NCBI GenBank assembly: GCA_964402035.1 | Contig: CAYOAM010000003.1 | Coordinates: forward strand, 162,657 to 226,656 | DNA length: 64,000 bases | Reading direction: 5' to 3' | From: an uncultured Candidatus Saccharibacteria bacterium | Lineage (GTDB): Bacteria > Patescibacteriota > Minisyncoccia > Phycocordibacterales > UBA918 | Part shown: positions 58,484 to 64,000 of the stretch, one piece after another | Layout of the letters: each line of letters begins with the position of its first letter | Position numbering within the stretch: position 1 is the stretch's first letter | Made by a program: the position numbers and the translations under genes | Notes under the pieces: model-generated | What the model was told of the DNA's origin: nothing | The model's input: only the letters and a program-made list of their open reading frames with translations | Database searches by the model: none

Positions 58484-59032
58484 TTATGAAGCGTGTTCGA
58501 TTTCATCTGCTGCAGTATACACGTCTTGCACATCATCGTGATCTTCGAATTGCTCGATAAGTTCGGCAAGTAGCGCCCCATCCTTCTCGCTCAACTCTAA
58601 TACAGCTGTGGGTGCATACCCGTGTCCCTTTTTTATGAACGCCCATGCTGCGGATCCTGGTGTTCCTAGGGCATAGCCATTTTTTGAAAGGAGGTGGCGC
58701 ATCTCTTGGCTGGTGCGGTTCTTATTGTCCGTTTGCGTGACAATGAGTAGTGCAACGCCACCTGGACCATACCCTTCATAAACGATTTCCTCGAGCACTG
58801 CTCCATCGGTGCCCATACCCTTTGTCACGGCGCGGTCGATATTGTCGTTTGGCATAAAATCAGCGCGAGCACGCTCAATAGCGGCACGAAGGCCTGGTGC
58901 ATCCTTGCTCCCTGCAGCTTTTTTCGCTTCAACAGCTATAAAGCGTGCATGTTTTGAAAAAAGCTTACTTTTCTTTGCGTCGGTCGCTGCTTTTTTGTGC
59001 TTTACTTTTGACCATTTGTTGTGTCCTGACAT
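58484..59032 (-). CDS. yebC: YebC/PmpR-family protein (short form)
   Basis: 'MSGHNKWSKVKHKKAATDAKKSKLFSKHARFIAVEAKKAAG' is the canonical YebC N-terminus. Located between ruvB and ruvC. Confidence 0.8.
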   Translation of the reverse strand: MSGHNKWSKVKHKKAATDAKKSKLFSKHARFIAVEAKKAAGSKDAPGLRAAIERARADFMPNDNIDRAVTKGMGTDGAVLEEIVYEGYGPGGVALLIVTQTDNKNRTSQEMRHLLSKNGYALGTPGSAAWAFIKKGHGYAPTAVLELSEKDGALLAELIEQFEDHDDVQDVYTAADEIEHAS

Positions 59033-59094
59033 GTTGCACAGAGTGTACCGTGCACAGTATCTGAAATCAAATCCTCGAGCGTTGCATGTGCGTG

Positions 59095-60111
59095 CTAGCG
59101 GTGGTCGCGCATTTCGATAGACCGCATGTGTTCGAAGGCGGCCGCAGTTGCTATCCTACCTCGTGGTGATCGATCAATAAAACCAAGGCGCAGTAAGTAT
59201 GGTTCCAAAACGTCTTCAAGTGTTGCTTGTTCTTCACTCAAGGCTGCTGCAAGGGTGTTTAATCCCACCGGGCCACCATGAAATTTATGAATCAATGTCT
59301 GCAAGAGGGCGCGGTCAGGGGCGTGGAGGCCGAAGGAATCTATTTCAAGTAGCGTAAATGTGCGTTCGATGATGTCCTTTGATAGCGTGCCTCCTTCGAG
59401 CTGGGCAAGATCGCGGCAGCGCTTCAAAAGATAGTTTGCTGTACGGGGTGTCGCGCGGCTGCGAGATCCAATACGAAAGAGCGCTTCCTCATCGGCGGGA
59501 ATATTGAGCATTACTGCAGAGCGTTTGAGGATTTCGAGCATTTCGTCATTGCTATAGTACTCAAGTCGAAACGTGCCGCCGCCAAATCGTGATCGCAACG
59601 GAGCGGAGAGCATCGATATGCGTGTCGTGGCGGCGACGAGTGTAAATGGCGGCAAATCGAGTTGTACGGTACGTGCTGAAGGACCCTTGCCAATAATAAT
59701 ATCAAGCACACCTGATTCCATGGCGGGGTAGAGCACCTCCTCAATTGATTTTGAAAGTCTATGAATTTCGTCAATAAAAAGTACATCGCCTGGAGAAAGG
59801 TTGGTAAGGATTGCCGCCAAATCACCAACACGTTCTATGGCAGGGCCAGACGTTGTCCGCATGTTGGTGCCGAGGGTTCGCGCAATCAGGTGGGCCAGTG
59901 TCGTTTTACCGAGCCCTGGTGGACCATAGAGCAAAATATGTTCCGCAGCATGTCCTCTTTCGCGGGCAGCAGTCAGCAAAATACGTAGGTTTTCCTTCAC
60001 TTTTGCTTGCCCAATGTATTCTTCCCATCCGGTAGGTCGCAGGGTCTGATCAAGGTTATGAATTCCCTCGGTAGGGCGGGATTCAGTCTCTTTTTTGGGG
60101 GTACTTGACAT
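59095..60111 (-). CDS. ruvB: Holliday junction branch-migration helicase RuvB
   Basis: 'LLYGPPGLGKTTLA', 'VLFIDEIHRL', and a winged-helix C-terminus. Confidence 0.92.
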   Translation of the reverse strand: MSSTPKKETESRPTEGIHNLDQTLRPTGWEEYIGQAKVKENLRILLTAARERGHAAEHILLYGPPGLGKTTLAHLIARTLGTNMRTTSGPAIERVGDLAAILTNLSPGDVLFIDEIHRLSKSIEEVLYPAMESGVLDIIIGKGPSARTVQLDLPPFTLVAATTRISMLSAPLRSRFGGGTFRLEYYSNDEMLEILKRSAVMLNIPADEEALFRIGSRSRATPRTANYLLKRCRDLAQLEGGTLSKDIIERTFTLLEIDSFGLHAPDRALLQTLIHKFHGGPVGLNTLAAALSEEQATLEDVLEPYLLRLGFIDRSPRGRIATAAAFEHMRSIEMRDHR

Positions 60112-60471
60112 AAAAATTAATTCATGCTAGTATAGCACACATACGTTCCCTCGTGCACCGACTCCACCAGGAGCACGCACATTGTTTTTCTCACATTTTG
60201 TAGTAAGACCCCACGAAATGGGGTTATGGGTTGTGTGCTATCCAGGCGATAACCCTCTACGCAACGTTGGCAACCACACGAGGTTGTTTTGGTTTTTGAC
60301 CTCGGTCGAAGTACTGGGGCACACCTTAGTTTGGCATGTCACTTTTTTAATAGAAAGGTTTGCGTAGAGGGTTATATTCTGGATCGCATCTCAAGGTACA
60401 GAGGGTTGAAAAGGATTCTAAGGCGACTATAGCATACGCCTATAGCGGGGTGGAATATTGACCGCTAGAAA

Positions 60472-62151
60472 TTACTGTGCGGTGACCGGTGTTTCCTCTT
60501 TATACAGGTCAACAACGCGCTCAAGCTCATCAATAGAAGTTGTGCCATCGATTACTTTCACAACACCGTCCTGCTGCATATTTGGTATATGTTGTGGTTG
60601 TGCTGCCTTTATGATTTCGGCCTCAGAAAGATCGTTCATGATGGTTTCTGCGACGACAGGAGTGATTTGTATACCCTCATATATACCCGTGCGTCCCTTG
60701 AAACCACTTCCGCTACACTTGTCGCATCCAACCGATTCAAAAATGTGAACACCGGCGACCGCGATCGGCATTGGGTACCCGACCAAAATACGCGTAAAGC
60801 GGCTTTCTTCAGTAGGTGTGAGTGCGCGCTCGCGTTTGCAGTGCGGACAGAGCTTTCGTACGAGTCGTTGTGCGAGTACGAGATTCATAGCGCTCCCCAT
60901 GGTGCGTGTATCGATACCAAGATCGCGCAAGCGGGGGAATGCACCTGCTGCACTATTGGTGTGCAGTGTTGAAAATACTAAGTGACCCGTGAGCGCGGCG
61001 TTTATGGCGGTTTCTGCCACATCGCGATCACGGATTTCTCCCACCATGATGATGTCAGGATCTTGTCGCAAAATTGCACGCAGTCCGCTTGCAAAAGAAT
61101 ATTCGTCGGTTGTCTGAGTTTGTACGATGCCGGCAATGTGGTATTCAATAGGATCTTCGATGGTGATTATTTTTACTTCAGAGTTGTGTACCATGCGCAA
61201 AAAAGTATAGAGCGCTGTGGTTTTTCCAGATCCCGTAGGTCCAGTCGTGATAATCATGCCGTTTGGTCGTTTGAGCTCTGTTTCAATAACGGAAAGTAGA
61301 AAATTATTTATTCCGAGGTCAGCAATGGTGACATCGATATTCGATGGGTCCAAGAAACGCATCACAATTGATTCTCCATATCCACCCGGGATAACTGAAG
61401 CGCGAATTTCGTACTCCTTTTTTCCAACATCGATCGTAAAGCGTCCGTCTTGAGCGCGGTCGGTGATATTGAGTTTAATACCCGCAAGGAGCTTAAGACG
61501 CCCACGCAAGAGATCACAGGTGTGTGTGTCGATTGTGGCTACATTTATGAGTACACCATCAAGTCGGTAGCGTATGTGCGTATCATTTTCCTCGGGCTCA
61601 ATATGCATATCGGACGCTTTGAGGGAAATGGCGCCGCCAAGAAATATCGTCAAAAGAAGTGAGGCATTGTTTCGGTCGTTGCCTTTGAGGACACCTTCGA
61701 TGGCGACTGCGACATCCGCGGTAGATTTTATTGCGCCAGCCATGCGCTCAATTTCTTCGGCGGTGATACCGAGAACTCCCTTTTCACTGGCACTTGTTTT
61801 TATAATGTCGTGATAACGCTCCCATGCGTGCTCCAAGCTCGCTGTTGAGACCATGAAGATCGTGATCGTGAAATTGCGTTCTTTGAGTGCTGCAAGAGCA
61901 TCAATCGTCGCTTTATTATTGGGATTGCGAATTGCGACCGACAGTTTCGTTCCTGCGCGCATAAAAATAGCGAGTTCAGCCGCGCGCGCAACCGTTTCTG
62001 GTATCAAGCGTATTGCCTCAATGTTTATCACTGTTCCAATGAGGTTTGTGTATTGGTGACCGTATTTTATTGAGAGCGTTTTAATCAATTCTTCCTCCTC
62101 TTGTCGGTGGAGAAGGGAGACTTTGTCGCTCACATCATCAAATCGAAGCAT
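60472..62151 (-). CDS. pilB: Type IV pilus / type II secretion assembly ATPase (PilB/GspE family)
   Basis: Walker A 'GPTGSGKTT', 'VGEIRD', and a tetracysteine CxxC...CxxC motif. Confidence 0.88.
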   Translation of the reverse strand: MLRFDDVSDKVSLLHRQEEEELIKTLSIKYGHQYTNLIGTVINIEAIRLIPETVARAAELAIFMRAGTKLSVAIRNPNNKATIDALAALKERNFTITIFMVSTASLEHAWERYHDIIKTSASEKGVLGITAEEIERMAGAIKSTADVAVAIEGVLKGNDRNNASLLLTIFLGGAISLKASDMHIEPEENDTHIRYRLDGVLINVATIDTHTCDLLRGRLKLLAGIKLNITDRAQDGRFTIDVGKKEYEIRASVIPGGYGESIVMRFLDPSNIDVTIADLGINNFLLSVIETELKRPNGMIITTGPTGSGKTTALYTFLRMVHNSEVKIITIEDPIEYHIAGIVQTQTTDEYSFASGLRAILRQDPDIIMVGEIRDRDVAETAINAALTGHLVFSTLHTNSAAGAFPRLRDLGIDTRTMGSAMNLVLAQRLVRKLCPHCKRERALTPTEESRFTRILVGYPMPIAVAGVHIFESVGCDKCSGSGFKGRTGIYEGIQITPVVAETIMNDLSEAEIIKAAQPQHIPNMQQDGVVKVIDGTTSIDELERVVDLYKEETPVTAQ

Positions 62152-62208
62152 ACATATATCGTAGCATGGGGTCGGGCGCTTCTGTGGTGATTTTGTTATA
62201 CTGCCGGT

Positions 62209-62679
62209 ATGGAATCAGTTAGTCAGGTGCGCACTATCACGCTTGATGATATGTCGGTGTTAGTCCGCGAAGTGTTGGCTGCAGTACGCGCGCGCCAAGG
62301 CTTTGGCGCGCGCGTACTAGCGCTTACGGGCGAGTTGGGTGCTGGCAAGACTACCTTCACCAAAGAGTTGGCAAAACAGCTCGGTGTTGCGGATGATGTG
62401 ACGAGTCCAACATTTGTGATATTGAAAAACTATCAAACAACCGACGCCAATTTTAAAACACTGACACATATCGACGCGTACCGCATCGAAGATCCGCGAG
62501 AGCTTACGGTGCTGGGTTTTGAAGATATACTTAAAGACACCGAGCGGCTCTTGGTTATTGAGTGGGCAGAGCGTGTTGATGCGCTACTTCCCGAAACGGC
62601 ATACCGTATGACCTTTTCGCATCTTGATGCATCGTCACGACATATCGCAATCGATACGGGAGCTACAACATACGTATGA
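62209..62679 (+). CDS. tsaE: tRNA threonylcarbamoyladenosine biosynthesis protein TsaE
   Basis: 'LALTGELGAGKTTFTK' P-loop, 'SPTFVI', ~155 aa. Confidence 0.8.
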   Translation: MESVSQVRTITLDDMSVLVREVLAAVRARQGFGARVLALTGELGAGKTTFTKELAKQLGVADDVTSPTFVILKNYQTTDANFKTLTHIDAYRIEDPRELTVLGFEDILKDTERLLVIEWAERVDALLPETAYRMTFSHLDASSRHIAIDTGATTYV

Positions 62680-64000
62680 AAAAGACCACTCCAAAGAAAG
62701 AAAAAAGGGAAGTGGTCCGCAAGCGTCTGGTGCTTCTTGATGCGCACGCTATTTTGCATCGCGCGTACCACGCACTCCCTGATTTCACATCTCCAAAAGG
62801 GGAGCCAACGGGAGCGCTCTATGGCCTCGTTGCTATGCTCCTTAAGATTATTGATGATTTGAAGCCCGACTACATGATCTCGTGTTTTGATTTGCCGGAG
62901 CCAACATATCGACATGATGCGTTTGCAGGGTACAAAGCAGGGCGGGTAAAAACGGACGATGCGCTGGTGGCACAGATTGATCGATCGCGAGATGTATTTG
63001 CTGCATTTGGTATTCCGATATTTGAACATGTTGGGTTTGAGGCTGACGACATGCTGGGCACCATCGTGCATCAAGCCAAGGGGTATCCCAACCTCGATAT
63101 TGTGATTGCATCGGGCGATATGGACACGATGCAGCTTATTGATGGAAAACGTGTGCAGGTGTATACCCTACGCAAGGGGATCAAGGATACCGTTATCTAT
63201 GACGAAAAGGGGGTGAAGGAGCGCTACGGTTTTGGCCCCGAGATGATTCCTGACTACAAAGGTCTACGCGGGGATCCATCAGATAATATTCCGGGTATTG
63301 TGGGTATTGGTGAAAAAACGGCGACAGAACTCATTGTCAATTTTGGCACGATTGAAAAGTTGTATGCAACGCTCAAAAAAAATGAGCAGAAATTTGTTGC
63401 GGCCGGCATCAAACCACGCATGATTGAACTTTTGAAAACAAACGAAGAAGAGGCGTTGTTTTCAAAGATGCTCGCAACAATTCGTCTTGACGCACCCGTC
63501 TCCTTTTTGCTACCGGATCATTCATGGAGGGATTCGCTCGACGTTGAAAAACTCCTAGCACTCTTTAGCGAGCTGGGTTTCCGGACGCTTGCTGATCGCG
63601 TGCGTACACTGTTTGGGGTCGCTAAGGTGGTGGAAGAGAAAAAGGAGGAAGAGCAGGTGTCGAAAGATGAGATTGAACACGTTGGATTGGCGCTATGGGT
63701 ATTGCGATCCGATATCACGAGTCCGACGCTCGAAGATATTCTTGCGTATGGCAGTACCGAAGGAAAGTGTGCTGATTTTGCAAGTACGAAAGCATTTATT
63801 TTTGAATCGTTGAAAAAACAATCATTGGATACGGTTTTTGAATCGATTGAGGTCCCTTTGATTCCGGTTGTACATCGCATGGAGAGGGAGGGCATTGCAC
63901 TTGATGTGCCATATTTAGGAGAGCTCTCAAAGAAAATGCATGTTGAACTTGCCGCAGCGGAAAAGACGATTCACAAAAGTGCAGGTATTGAGTTTAATAT
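62676..64000 (+). CDS. polA: DNA polymerase I, N-terminal 5'-3' exonuclease region (partial; runs off the window)
   Basis: 'LVLLDAHAILHRAYHAL', 'GYKAGR', 'IPGIVGIGEKTA' 5'-nuclease/H3TH motifs. The ATG at 62676 overlaps the TGA of tsaE. Confidence 0.85.
   Translation, partial: MKKTTPKKEKREVVRKRLVLLDAHAILHRAYHALPDFTSPKGEPTGALYGLVAMLLKIIDDLKPDYMISCFDLPEPTYRHDAFAGYKAGRVKTDDALVAQIDRSRDVFAAFGIPIFEHVGFEADDMLGTIVHQAKGYPNLDIVIASGDMDTMQLIDGKRVQVYTLRKGIKDTVIYDEKGVKERYGFGPEMIPDYKGLRGDPSDNIPGIVGIGEKTATELIVNFGTIEKLYATLKKNEQKFVAAGIKPRMIELLKTNEEEALFSKMLATIRLDAPVSFLLPDHSWRDSLDVEKLLALFSELGFRTLADRVRTLFGVAKVVEEKKEEEQVSKDEIEHVGLALWVLRSDITSPTLEDILAYGSTEGKCADFASTKAFIFESLKKQSLDTVFESIEVPLIPVVHRMEREGIALDVPYLGELSKKMHVELAAAEKTIHKSAGIEFN

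Noticed and set aside
1-64000. Alternative genetic code (UGA recoding as in SR1/Gracilibacteria)
   Set aside because: Well-conserved genes (tsaE, rsmA, comM and others) terminate at TGA in agreement with homologue lengths. Long ORFs are not interrupted by in-frame TGA.

Overview
This 64-kb window reads like a chromosomal segment from a small-genome bacterium. The gene order, the tRNAs without encoded CCA and the co-resident CCA-adding enzyme suggest a CPR/Patescibacteria-like organism (inference only). TGA serves as a stop codon, so this is the standard code. The window contains the replication-origin neighbourhood (rpmH-rnpA-yidC on the minus strand, divergent from dnaA-dnaN), a housekeeping block, and a tRNA-rich hairpin-dense hotspot with an unusual palindrome cluster. 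It also contains a type-IV-secretion/conjugation-like membrane cluster (39-50.6 kb) and a separate PilB/GspE ATPase gene near 60.5-62.2 kb. Housekeeping genes I can support: ECF sigma factor with a putative anti-sigma partner, CCA tRNA nucleotidyltransferase, exonuclease III, XerC/D-like recombinase, rpsO then a NYN-domain gene then pnp, PcrA/UvrD, KsgA, PBP1A, ruvC/yebC/ruvB, tsaE and the start of polA. The most striking feature is that comM (the YifB/Mg-chelatase-like ATPase) is split at codon ~306, exactly in the Walker-B 'GVLFLDE' region, by a ~10.7-kb AT-richer integrative element (22.4-33.1 kb). That element carries a large serine recombinase preceded by a catalytically degenerate resolvase-like ORF, a LexA/CI-like S24 repressor in a divergent switch, and a translationally coupled PD-(D/E)xK nuclease plus gamma-class N6-adenine methyltransferase pair. 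It also carries a winged-helix replication-initiator-like gene and a coupled 403-aa unknown plus PIN-like two-gene module. Elsewhere, both tRNA-Gly and tRNA-Arg are followed ~125-140 bp downstream by an exact 22-23-nt copy of their own 3' end, which looks like att-site remnants. Other observations: ~10 copies of a 14-bp palindrome (GTTYCAYGTGRAAC) around a YraN-like gene, a GC-rich structured non-coding block next to tRNA-Pro, operator-like palindromes upstream of a prephenate dehydratase gene, and a long-range inverted repeat between ruvB and pilB. All functional calls are from motif recognition by eye; no database searches were run.
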